A DNA stretch of 64,000 nt. Source: Spirochaetia bacterium (GTDB lineage: Bacteria; Spirochaetota; Spirochaetia; CADAEX01). The stretch is from contig JAVBQS010000019.1 of NCBI GenBank assembly GCA_031548835.1, positions 2,445-66,444 on the forward strand, in the 5' to 3' direction. Position numbers and translations under genes: made by a program. The notes beneath the pieces are model-generated. The model was not told where the DNA came from and searched no databases. It saw nothing but the letters and a program-made list of their open reading frames with translations. Position 1 is the first letter of the stretch; each line of letters opens with the position of its first letter. Shown here one piece after another: positions 28,292 through 36,641 of the stretch.

Positions 28292-29698
28292 ATGTCAGAT
28301 AACATTAAGGAAATGTATGCTAAAGCAAGAAAAGCTTTTGAAGTTGTTGAATTCTGGGATCAGGAAAGAGTTAACGAAGTAGTTGCTGCTGTTGCTTGGC
28401 AGTGGATGAAAAAAGAAGTTGGAGAAGAACTTGCAAAACTTGCAGCTGAAGGCTCTGGAATGGGTAAATATGAAGATAAATGCCAGAAAGCAAACAAGGT
28501 TAGAGGAATAATGTGGGATATGAAAGATGCTAAAACAGCAGGCATCATTAAAGAAGATAAAGAAAAAGGTATTACAACATATGCAAAACCAATGGGTGTT
28601 GTTGCAAACGTTGTTCCTACAACAAACCCAACAATAACAGCATGTTTTATCGGTCTTTCACTTCTTAAGACAAGAAATGCAATGATCTGTTCACCGCACC
28701 CAAGATCAAAAGATTCTACATATAGAACAATTGAATGGGGAAGAGCAGCTCTTAAAGCTGTTGGCGCTCCGGAAGATCTTTTCCAGTGTATTCAAGATCC
28801 TACAAATGAAAAAACAGTTGAACTTATGTCAACATGCGATTATGCAGTTGCAACAGGCGGAAAAGCTCTTATTAAAGTAGTACATTCAGCAGGAACACCT
28901 TCTGTAACAGTAGGCGCTGGTAACGTAAGAGCAATTATTGATCCATCTGCAGATCTTGCTAATGCAGCTTTCTGCGTAGCTAAATCAAAGACATTTGACA
29001 ATGCTACATCATGTTCTTCAGAAAATGCTGTTTCTATCCATGTGTCAATATATGACAAAATGATGGAAGAGCTCAGAAAAGTTGGCGGATACATGCTTAA
29101 CACAGAAGACAGGGAAAAACTCAGAAAAGCTATGTGGCCTGACGGACACACACTTAACAGAGACATTGTTGCAAAACCTGTACAGCATATTGCAAAACTT
29201 GCTGGCATTAGCGTTCCAGAAGGAACAAAATTCATCATGGTAAAAGGTGAAAAAATCGGACCAGAAGATATGTTCTCTAACGAAAAACTTTCACTCGTTC
29301 TTACTGTATGGACATGGGAAGATTTTGACACAGAGATCAAAACACTTAAGAAAAACCTTCTTTTCTCTGGTATTGGCCATTCATGTGCTCTTCACTCAAC
29401 AAAACCGGAACAGTGGCACAAACTTGCTGCTTTTATTCCTACAGGAAGAGTTAACATAAACATGCCTAACACAACTGTAAACAGCGGAAGCTGGTTTGCT
29501 GGCCATGAATTTACAACAACAATTGGTTGCGGTACATGGGCAGGCAACAGCCACAGCGATAACATCAACTACAGACATTTTATGAATACAACAAGACTTG
29601 CCACACCTCTTAAAGAATATGTTCCTACAGACGAAGAAGTTTGGGGAAAATATCTTGATAAGGCTAAAAAAGCAACAGCAAATCTTAAATTAAACTAA
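28292..29698 (+). CDS. CoA-acylating aldehyde dehydrogenase (EutE/PduP/AdhE-N-terminal family)
   Basis: 'GVVANVVPTTNPT' and the catalytic-Cys region 'FDNATSCSSENAV' correspond to 'FDNGVICASEQSV' of AdhE-type enzymes. 468 aa. SD 'aggagaagg'. Confidence 0.85.
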   Translation: MSDNIKEMYAKARKAFEVVEFWDQERVNEVVAAVAWQWMKKEVGEELAKLAAEGSGMGKYEDKCQKANKVRGIMWDMKDAKTAGIIKEDKEKGITTYAKPMGVVANVVPTTNPTITACFIGLSLLKTRNAMICSPHPRSKDSTYRTIEWGRAALKAVGAPEDLFQCIQDPTNEKTVELMSTCDYAVATGGKALIKVVHSAGTPSVTVGAGNVRAIIDPSADLANAAFCVAKSKTFDNATSCSSENAVSIHVSIYDKMMEELRKVGGYMLNTEDREKLRKAMWPDGHTLNRDIVAKPVQHIAKLAGISVPEGTKFIMVKGEKIGPEDMFSNEKLSLVLTVWTWEDFDTEIKTLKKNLLFSGIGHSCALHSTKPEQWHKLAAFIPTGRVNINMPNTTVNSGSWFAGHEFTTTIGCGTWAGNSHSDNINYRHFMNTTRLATPLKEYVPTDEEVWGKYLDKAKKATANLKLN

Positions 29699-29717
29699 TA
29701 TTATATTGGTTTAAACA

Positions 29718-29747
29718 GGGGCTCCTTAACCGGAGCCCTTTTTTTTC
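29718..29747 (+). terminator. Rho-independent terminator after the aldehyde dehydrogenase gene
   Basis: Stem gggctcc/ggagccc with a 6-nt loop, followed by T9. Confidence 0.75.
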
Positions 29748-29917
29748 TTTTTAAAAAACTGATGGGCTGCGAAGCGTACTGTATAGATAACATATAACAA
29801 ATATAAATTTGATAATTAAATACAGTATACACTTCGTTATCCAGCACAATTTTGGTAGATAAATTTATAGACTGTTAAAGTAAAATAGTTTAGTTTAAAT
29901 ATATAAAGAGGAAAAAA

Positions 29918-30619
29918 ATGATAAAAGCTATTGTATTTGATTTTGTTCAGACACTTGGCAGCGCTGCAGATGGCTATAAAGATGCTGAAAAAAAATCTCA
30001 GAAAAAACTATATGAAAAACTTGGCATCAATGACTGGGATAAATATATGGATCTATACAGGGAAGAGAGAAAACAGCATTTTTTAAGATCTGATTTTTCA
30101 AGAAAAAATGTCTGGATAAAACTTTGTGATTATTTTAATGTTCCTGTGGATAATAAATTTCTTGATCAGCTTGAAGACCAGTATTGGGAAATTGTAAAAA
30201 ACAGCATGAAACTTTTTCCTGAAGCGCTTGATGTAATTAAGAAATTAAAGCCCAGATATAAGCTTGGCATGGTTTCCAATTCCCAGAAAGACGGCAGCAC
30301 AAAAGCTCTTGAAAATGATGAATATAAAAAGCTTGAAAAACTGTTTGATGCAATTGTTATATCAGGAGAAGGAAATATTCCTGCCAAACCAGACCCTGCG
30401 CCGTTTAAAATAGTTTTGGAAAAACTTGGTGTTAAGTCGGAAGAAGCTATTTTTGTTGGAGATGATTTTAGAGTAGATATTGAAGGCAGCAAAAATGCAG
30501 GAATGACACCTGTATGGCTTAAGCATTACTCTGTTGAACGCAACTGGCCTGAAGCATCATTCAAAGTTATAGAAATAACCAATCTTGAAGATGTAGTTGA
30601 TATAGAGAAAAAGCTTTAG
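29918..30619 (+). CDS. HAD-superfamily hydrolase (phosphatase-like)
   Basis: N-terminal 'IVFDFVQTL' (motif I). Motif IV 'GDDFRVDIEGSKNAGM'. 233 aa. Confidence 0.8.
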   Translation: MIKAIVFDFVQTLGSAADGYKDAEKKSQKKLYEKLGINDWDKYMDLYREERKQHFLRSDFSRKNVWIKLCDYFNVPVDNKFLDQLEDQYWEIVKNSMKLFPEALDVIKKLKPRYKLGMVSNSQKDGSTKALENDEYKKLEKLFDAIVISGEGNIPAKPDPAPFKIVLEKLGVKSEEAIFVGDDFRVDIEGSKNAGMTPVWLKHYSVERNWPEASFKVIEITNLEDVVDIEKKL

Positions 30620-30663
30620 GGTATTGACCTGTTAGAAAGTAATCGTTAACATGAAAAATAGTT

Positions 30664-31569
30664 ATGAATCTCTATCATTTAAAGACTTTTTATTATACTG
30701 CAAAATGTAAAAGCCTTACAAAGGCAGCAGATATGCTGTGTATTACTCAACCTGCTGTTACCAAGCAGATTAAACAGCTCCAGAGCTACTATGACCTTAA
30801 ATTCCTTGATATTATAGGGAAAAAAGTTATTCTTACTGATGCAGGTGAACATCTCTATAGCATTGCAGATAAAATTTTTGATATGGAAAGCCAGGCAGAG
30901 GAAAGCATCAAGGATTTCCAGCATTTTAACAAAGGCAAGATTTCAATATTGTCATGCGAAAGTTTTGGAGCTTACTATCTTCCCTATATTATTAAATATT
31001 ATAGCAAAGCAAACCATGATATAAATGTTTCCATGATTATTGGTCATAACGAAAGTATTATTGAAAATACAGCAGAGCTTAATAATGATATAGGATTTAT
31101 ATCAAAACCTATTCAGAATCCAAAAATATCAGTGCAGGAAATTCTTGAAGATAATATTGTGTGTATTGTTCCGCGCAACCATCAGCTTACAAGAAAAGAT
31201 CATCTTGAAGTAAAAGATATTGAAGGATACAACCTTATTGTACATGAAAAAGGTTCTGTAACCAGAAAAATAACAGAAACTTTTATAAGAAAAAATAGAA
31301 TTAATGTAAATATGCATTATGAAATTTCAAATAATGAAACTATAAAAAGGCTTGTTGAACAGGGCCTTGGAGTCGCATTTATATCAAACAATATGGTAAA
31401 TGAAGAAGTAAAAACAGGGAGATTAATTGCCCTGCCTGTTGAAGATAAAAATTTTAAAAGAAAATATTATATGATCCACCACAGCGATAAATATTTTTCA
31501 AAACCTCTTAAAGATTTTGTAGACCTTGTGCACCAGTGGTCTAATATTTATCCTACGCCAATGTTTTAA
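30664..31569 (+). CDS. LysR-family transcriptional regulator
   Basis: N-terminal wHTH 'LKTFYYTAKCKSLTKAADMLCITQPAVTKQIKQLQ'. About 300 aa with a C-terminal substrate-binding domain. Confidence 0.9.
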   Translation: MNLYHLKTFYYTAKCKSLTKAADMLCITQPAVTKQIKQLQSYYDLKFLDIIGKKVILTDAGEHLYSIADKIFDMESQAEESIKDFQHFNKGKISILSCESFGAYYLPYIIKYYSKANHDINVSMIIGHNESIIENTAELNNDIGFISKPIQNPKISVQEILEDNIVCIVPRNHQLTRKDHLEVKDIEGYNLIVHEKGSVTRKITETFIRKNRINVNMHYEISNNETIKRLVEQGLGVAFISNNMVNEEVKTGRLIALPVEDKNFKRKYYMIHHSDKYFSKPLKDFVDLVHQWSNIYPTPMF

Positions 31570-32057
31570 AGAAACAGTATTTTAAATTCTTTTTCAAAAT
31601 TAGGTGTAAAAATATTTTTGCCCAGCCTATCTTTAATTTCTTTTATTGAAAAAAATCTGCCGTCTGTTACTTCATTGTTATCTATTTTAAATGGGCCATT
31701 ATAATTTGTTTTATATACAAAAGAAAGCTCTGTTTCTGTCTCATCTTTGTTAAGCTGTGTAAATAAAAATTCAGCATTTTTTAGATCAATTCCCAATTCT
31801 TCTTTTGCTTCTCTTACAAGCGCTGTATAAATATCTTCACCTGCTGATACATGGCCGCCTACAGCTGTATCCCACATATCAGGATATGTATCTTTGGTTG
31901 CTGCTCTTTTCTGGAGAAAAATTTCTCCTCTTGAGTTAAGTATTAATAAGTGGACAACCATCTGAATCATCGAAGGGTCTTTGTGGCAAATACTGCGCGG
32001 AGCGCTTCCTTCAGGAATTCCATCGGAGTTACATAACTGAATCATCTCTTCTTTCAT
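31566..32057 (-). CDS. Nudix hydrolase
   Basis: Nudix box 'GGHVSAGEDIYTALVREAKEELGI'. 163 aa. Confidence 0.85.
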   Translation of the reverse strand: MKEEMIQLCNSDGIPEGSAPRSICHKDPSMIQMVVHLLILNSRGEIFLQKRAATKDTYPDMWDTAVGGHVSAGEDIYTALVREAKEELGIDLKNAEFLFTQLNKDETETELSFVYKTNYNGPFKIDNNEVTDGRFFSIKEIKDRLGKNIFTPNFEKEFKILFL

Positions 32058-32187
32058 AAAATTAATAATAACAGTGCAGAATATAGATGTAAAGCAGTGC
32101 CATCTTTATTAATTAAACTGCTGCATTAAAAAATTATATATTTTGAAATAACAATAAAAGCCAAGTTTAAAGTTATTTTAGTAATTA

Positions 32188-32358
32188 GGCCTGTTCGACA
32201 ACCTGGTTAGAAGTTATTTTGTGAATACCAAATAAGTACTAATTTGGAGACAATGTATGATTTTTTACAGGTAGTTCATAATCTTAAAGGTTTTATTTTA
32301 TAACCCCGGCATGACTTACCATACCGGGGTTACCATTTTTAGGTTGTCGAACAGGTCT
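32188..32358. repeat. 171-bp element bounded by 15-17-bp perfect inverted repeats (CCTGTTCGACAACCT), containing a small ORF and a strong internal hairpin. MITE-like, or a structured leader/ncRNA.
   Basis: The left IR is at 32190-32204 and the right IR at 32341-32355 (aggttgtcgaacagg). The internal 9-bp hairpin taaccccgg/ccggggtta at 32301-32332 is followed by 'ccattttt'. A 16-codon ORF (MYDFLQVVHNLKGFIL, 32253-32303) has GGAG 3 nt upstream. Confidence 0.6.
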
Positions 32359-32408
32359 ATTATATAAAATATATACATTTATATTTATATGGCTTAAAAT
32401 AATAAACT

Positions 32409-34169
32409 ATGGGGTATTTCTTAAAATACAGAATTAATATTAAAATTTTTATATCTTTTATCTTTATAATTCTTGTCACAACCGTTACTTCTCTGTTAAT
32501 CAACTACTTGTTATTTAAGGATTCTGTTAAAAAATCAAATATAATAAGACTGCAGGACAGCACCACTGCTTACTATAATGAAATCAAATTTACCGAAGAT
32601 ATATGCCTTAAAGCAGTAAGCACGTTATCCAAAGATAATACTCTTTCTGATTTAATACTGTTAAAAAATACAGATACTCTTGGTAAAATACTTGGCAATT
32701 ATTACAAAATGGGATTGTTTGATATTGTTGAAATTGAAAATCCTGACGGAACTGTTTTTATAAGAGCTCACGATCCTGATCAAAGCGGAGATCTTAAAGC
32801 AGAACAAAATATTGTAAAAGAAGGACTTGCAGGAAAAATAGCTGTCAGTTATGAAAGCGGTAAATCAGGCATTGCGATAAGAGCAGTCGCCCCTCTTGAG
32901 AAAGACGGCAAAATAATAGGACTTCTGATGCTTGGAAAACTTTTCTCGGAAGAACTTGTGGCAAATATGAAAAAGCTTACAGGGCTTGATAATGGAATAT
33001 ACTGGAAAGATAAAAAAATAATTTCTACCTATGATGGAATTCAAACTATTTATAATGATAAAATGGAAAAACTTTTGGAAAATGGCTCTGTCATATTTGA
33101 TGAAGTAATTGGCAAAGATAGATATTATTTTATGATCAAGGCTTTATATACAGATGATCAGCGCTACTGGGGAGCAGTAACTTTATTTATTAAAGAAAAA
33201 GATAATGCAGGCTATCTTTCATATATAAAAAGCATTCTGTTTTTTATGGTAATGATAGGTTTTTTTCTTTCTTTTTTAGCTTATCTTCTTCTTGCAAATG
33301 ATATAAACAATTCTTTAAGTAAAATTATTGATAGAATCAATAATTTTAACATAGATGACAGTTCTCAAATAATAGATGTAAAAGCAAATGATGAATTTAA
33401 AATAATTGCAGACAGTATAAATAATCTTTCAAAAAAAATATATAAATATAACCAGCAAATAGTAAAGCTTCAGGATGACATGATAAGGTCTGCAAAACTG
33501 GCAGTTGTCGGTCAGCTTTCGGCAGGACTTGCCCATGAAATAAGAAATCCGTTGAGCTCTATAAAAATGATGTCGCAGATAATAAAGGCCAGATATTTGC
33601 ATAATAAGGAAGGCCTTGAAGAAATTAATACAGTACTTGAAGAAATTGAAAGAATTGATAATTTAATTAAGGATTTGCTGGAATTTTCAAAACCAGGGCC
33701 TATGTATTTTGCGCAGCATGATATTAATAAATTAATTCTAAATACTTTAAATAAATACAGATATAATATTGAACATCAAAAAATAACAGTTGAATATAAT
33801 TTTGAAAAAAAATTGCCTCTAATATCTGTGGATAGTGAAAAAATACAAATCTGTTTTATAAACTTTATTGTTAATGCAATTCAGGCAATGGCTGAAGGCG
33901 GAAAACTTACAATAAATACAATGCTGCAAAATGATAAAATAGTTATAGAATTTAAAAATAACGGGCCTTTAATTTCTGAAAAAGATATAGATAAAATATT
34001 TGAACCATTTTTTACTACAAAAAAAGAAGGCACAGGATTGGGCCTTGCTCTTACAAAATTAATAATTGAAAGACATTATGGAAAAATATTTTCTTCAAGC
34101 AATGAAAAAGAAACAGTTTTCAGCATAATCCTTCCTTTGGTAAATAATAATATTATTCCAATTGTATAA
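32409..34169 (+). CDS. Sensor histidine kinase with periplasmic (Cache-like) sensor domain
   Basis: Two TM helices flank a roughly 250-aa extracytoplasmic domain. H-box 'HEIRNPLSSI'. HATPase motifs 'GTGLGLALTK'. Confidence 0.85.
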   Translation: MGYFLKYRINIKIFISFIFIILVTTVTSLLINYLLFKDSVKKSNIIRLQDSTTAYYNEIKFTEDICLKAVSTLSKDNTLSDLILLKNTDTLGKILGNYYKMGLFDIVEIENPDGTVFIRAHDPDQSGDLKAEQNIVKEGLAGKIAVSYESGKSGIAIRAVAPLEKDGKIIGLLMLGKLFSEELVANMKKLTGLDNGIYWKDKKIISTYDGIQTIYNDKMEKLLENGSVIFDEVIGKDRYYFMIKALYTDDQRYWGAVTLFIKEKDNAGYLSYIKSILFFMVMIGFFLSFLAYLLLANDINNSLSKIIDRINNFNIDDSSQIIDVKANDEFKIIADSINNLSKKIYKYNQQIVKLQDDMIRSAKLAVVGQLSAGLAHEIRNPLSSIKMMSQIIKARYLHNKEGLEEINTVLEEIERIDNLIKDLLEFSKPGPMYFAQHDINKLILNTLNKYRYNIEHQKITVEYNFEKKLPLISVDSEKIQICFINFIVNAIQAMAEGGKLTINTMLQNDKIVIEFKNNGPLISEKDIDKIFEPFFTTKKEGTGLGLALTKLIIERHYGKIFSSSNEKETVFSIILPLVNNNIIPIV

Positions 34170-34181
34170 AAGAGGTGTTGT

Positions 34182-34529
34182 ATGGCATCAATACTTGTAA
34201 TAGATGATGATAAAGGCATTCAAAAAAGTTTTGCTAACCTATTGAGTAAAGAACACGAGGTTTTAAGCGGATATAACGGAAAAGAAGGGCTTGAAATTCT
34301 TGAAGCCAGGGAAGCTGATATGGTTTTTCTTGACTATCAAATGCCGGGAAGCGACGGCATTGAAGTATTAAAAATAATAAAAAAGAAAGAACCTGAATTG
34401 CCTGTAGTCATGATTACAGCGCATGGCAGTTTTGAAACAATAATAGAAGCAATATCTTTAGGCGCATATGATTATATAGAGAAACCTCTTGATATTGATA
34501 AAATTAATATTATCGTAAAAAGAGCATGA
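34182..34529 (+). CDS. Response-regulator receiver domain (N-terminal part of an interrupted NtrC-type activator)
   Basis: 'ILVIDDDKGI', 'DMVFLDYQMPGSDG' and the conserved Lys region 'VVMITAHGS'. It ends with TGA at 34527-34529, in frame with the next ORF. Confidence 0.85.
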   Translation: MASILVIDDDKGIQKSFANLLSKEHEVLSGYNGKEGLEILEAREADMVFLDYQMPGSDGIEVLKIIKKKEPELPVVMITAHGSFETIIEAISLGAYDYIEKPLDIDKINIIVKRA

Positions 34530-34541
34530 GAATCCTGCAGG

Positions 34542-35570
34542 ATGAACAAATATGTGAATGCTGTGCAATCTGAACAGATAAAAAACTATGGATTTAAAAA
34601 AATTATAGGAAATTCAACCGCAATACAGGAGGTTTTTAAATCTATAGGAAGGCTTGTTAATAATGATGTTATTGTTCATATAGCAGGAGAAAGCGGGACA
34701 GGAAAAGAGTTGGTTGCACATGCGCTGCACTTTAATGGCAAGAGAAAAAATGAACCTTTTATTGCTGTTAACTGTTCCGGCCTTATAGAATCTATTTTGG
34801 ACAATGAACTTTTCGGCCATGAACCGCAGGCTTTTACAGGCGCTGTATCGCTTAAAATAGGAAAATTTGAAGCAGCAGGAGAAGGAACAATATTTCTTGA
34901 TGAAATTGGAGATATGCCTCTTACAATACAAACAAAATTCCTGAGAATTCTTCAGGAAAATGAATTTCACAGAATGGGTGGACTTAAAAATATTAAATTA
35001 AAGGCAAGAGTTATAACTGCAACAAACAGAAATCTTTTTGAAGAAGTACAGGCAGGCCGCTTTCGGGAAGATCTTTATTACAGAATAAATGTTGCAAAAA
35101 TAATTTTGCCGCCCCTTCGGGAAAGAAAAGAAGATATTCCTGAACTTACAGATTTTTTTGTTCAAAAAATTTCAAGAAAAATTAACAAAAGTTTTATATC
35201 TGTGCCTGAGCAAATAAAAAATGAATTTATAAATTATGATTGGCCTGGAAATGTAAGAGAGCTTGAAAATCTAATTACAAGTATGTGTATAAATGCAAAA
35301 GGAGCTGTTCTTGCATTAGACGATATGCCGGCTACTGTTTTAAAATCATCAAGAGAAGATTGTCTTTCCAAAGTTATAGATAAATTTTATATGGAAAATA
35401 AACATTCAAAAAATCTGCTTCCTCTGCTTTATGAAAAACTTGAAAAAATAATGATAGATAAAATTGCACATGAGCAGAACAATAATAAATCTGCCATGGC
35501 AGAAATACTTGGGATAAGCAGGGTTACGCTTACAAAAAAAATGAATCAGGATGAAAAAAGCCATAATTAA
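34542..35570 (+). CDS. Sigma-54 interaction (AAA+) domain plus Fis-type HTH (C-terminal part of an interrupted NtrC-type activator)
   Basis: Walker A 'GESGTGKE'. The GAFTGA-like 'GHEPQAFTGA'. 'VRELEN'. C-terminal HTH 'SAMAEILGISRVTLTKKM'. It is in the same frame as the receiver ORF, separated by TGA plus 4 codons. Confidence 0.85.
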   Translation: MNKYVNAVQSEQIKNYGFKKIIGNSTAIQEVFKSIGRLVNNDVIVHIAGESGTGKELVAHALHFNGKRKNEPFIAVNCSGLIESILDNELFGHEPQAFTGAVSLKIGKFEAAGEGTIFLDEIGDMPLTIQTKFLRILQENEFHRMGGLKNIKLKARVITATNRNLFEEVQAGRFREDLYYRINVAKIILPPLRERKEDIPELTDFFVQKISRKINKSFISVPEQIKNEFINYDWPGNVRELENLITSMCINAKGAVLALDDMPATVLKSSREDCLSKVIDKFYMENKHSKNLLPLLYEKLEKIMIDKIAHEQNNNKSAMAEILGISRVTLTKKMNQDEKSHN

Positions 35571-35761
35571 AAAATGCTTTTGTAAAAAAGCTTATCAATA
35601 GTGATAAATTGCTTTACATATTTTTTATCTTTTGGAAAAAACTGCCCATTTGTTTGGACAGTTTAATTAAAATTTATTTTAATTATTTATAATATAACTA
35701 TTTATTTCTAAATATCATTTTCAAAGATATTATACAACTTGGCATATTTTATGCATATATA

Positions 35762-36382
35762 ATGGCAGATAGTAAAATGTTTAAGCATTTATTCAAAAAA
35801 AGAGTAGGGCTGGAAAATAAAATTATTGAAGAGATTGATATAGTTCTCTCACTCATTGAAACTATGGGCAAAACAGCAACTGAGCCAAATTCTTTTATTA
35901 TTGCAAATAATATACTTGAACTTGAAACAGTTTTAGATAAGCAGGAACAAGAATTTATAGAACAGATCAACAAGCAAAACCATCTGCCTGATTGCTGGGA
36001 GGAGCTATTTAAAATAAGTAATAGTTTAAAACAACTGTTTAAACAGCTTTCTATGGCTTTTAATAAAATTCAGATATTTAAAGATAATGAATCTTATTTT
36101 TCATTCTATGAGCATGAAAAAAGATTTCTTTTTAATATTAAAAATTTTATTTATGAATATGTTAAAAACCGCAAATATGCATATCAGCTTGTGGTAAATA
36201 ATCAGCATGAACTTAAAGATTTTATGAAAATATATTATACAAAACTTAATGCTGCATTTGGCGGCAGCCCAGAGCATTCTGATATAAAAATAAAAATGCT
36301 GGAGATTTTTCAGCAAATAAATAAAATAAACGAAGAGGTGCAGGAAACAGTAACTAAAATATATGTTAGTTCAGGTGTTTGA
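35762..36382 (+). CDS. Hypothetical all-helical protein (possibly a PhoU/DUF47-like accessory protein of the downstream Na/Pi transporter)
   Basis: 206 aa, predicted helical, no diagnostic motif. Placement upstream of a Na/Pi cotransporter is the only basis for the PhoU-like suggestion. Confidence 0.4.
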   Translation: MADSKMFKHLFKKRVGLENKIIEEIDIVLSLIETMGKTATEPNSFIIANNILELETVLDKQEQEFIEQINKQNHLPDCWEELFKISNSLKQLFKQLSMAFNKIQIFKDNESYFSFYEHEKRFLFNIKNFIYEYVKNRKYAYQLVVNNQHELKDFMKIYYTKLNAAFGGSPEHSDIKIKMLEIFQQINKINEEVQETVTKIYVSSGV

Positions 36383-36641
36383 TTATATAAAAATAAAAAT
36401 ATATATCGTTATTTTTATAGGCTTGTTTACCTATTGATATTTTGCCATAAAAGATATTTAATTGTTAAATATTTTTTAGAGAATAGTTAGGTAAATGTTA
36501 GCAAATAGTTAATTTAAATATAAATTATTTCAAACAGTAAATTATTTAAAAACAGTTTTAAAAATACTGTAATAAATAATATATATACATGAAACATAGA
36601 GTCTAGTGTTTCTGTAAAAAATAGAAGAGGGGAGATAATAA

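Noticed and set aside
34527-34541. UGA followed immediately by the palindrome ATCCTGCAGGAT, considered as a selenocysteine (SECIS) recoding site or evidence of a UGA-reassigned genetic code
   Set aside because: The hairpin is only 12 nt (bacterial SECIS elements are much larger). The position is a linker, not a redox active site. UGA clearly terminates other well-delimited genes here, e.g. the ATGA stop/start overlaps at 63097-63100 and 63942-63945 and the stops at 36380-36382 and 52921-52923. The standard code therefore applies.
36520-36580. Possible Pho-box (repeated ACAGT/ACTGT) upstream of the Na/Pi cotransporter
   Set aside because: The spacing (19 and 15 bp) and the sequence do not match the 11-bp-periodic CTGTCAT direct repeats of known Pho boxes. 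In this AT-rich region it is indistinguishable from chance.
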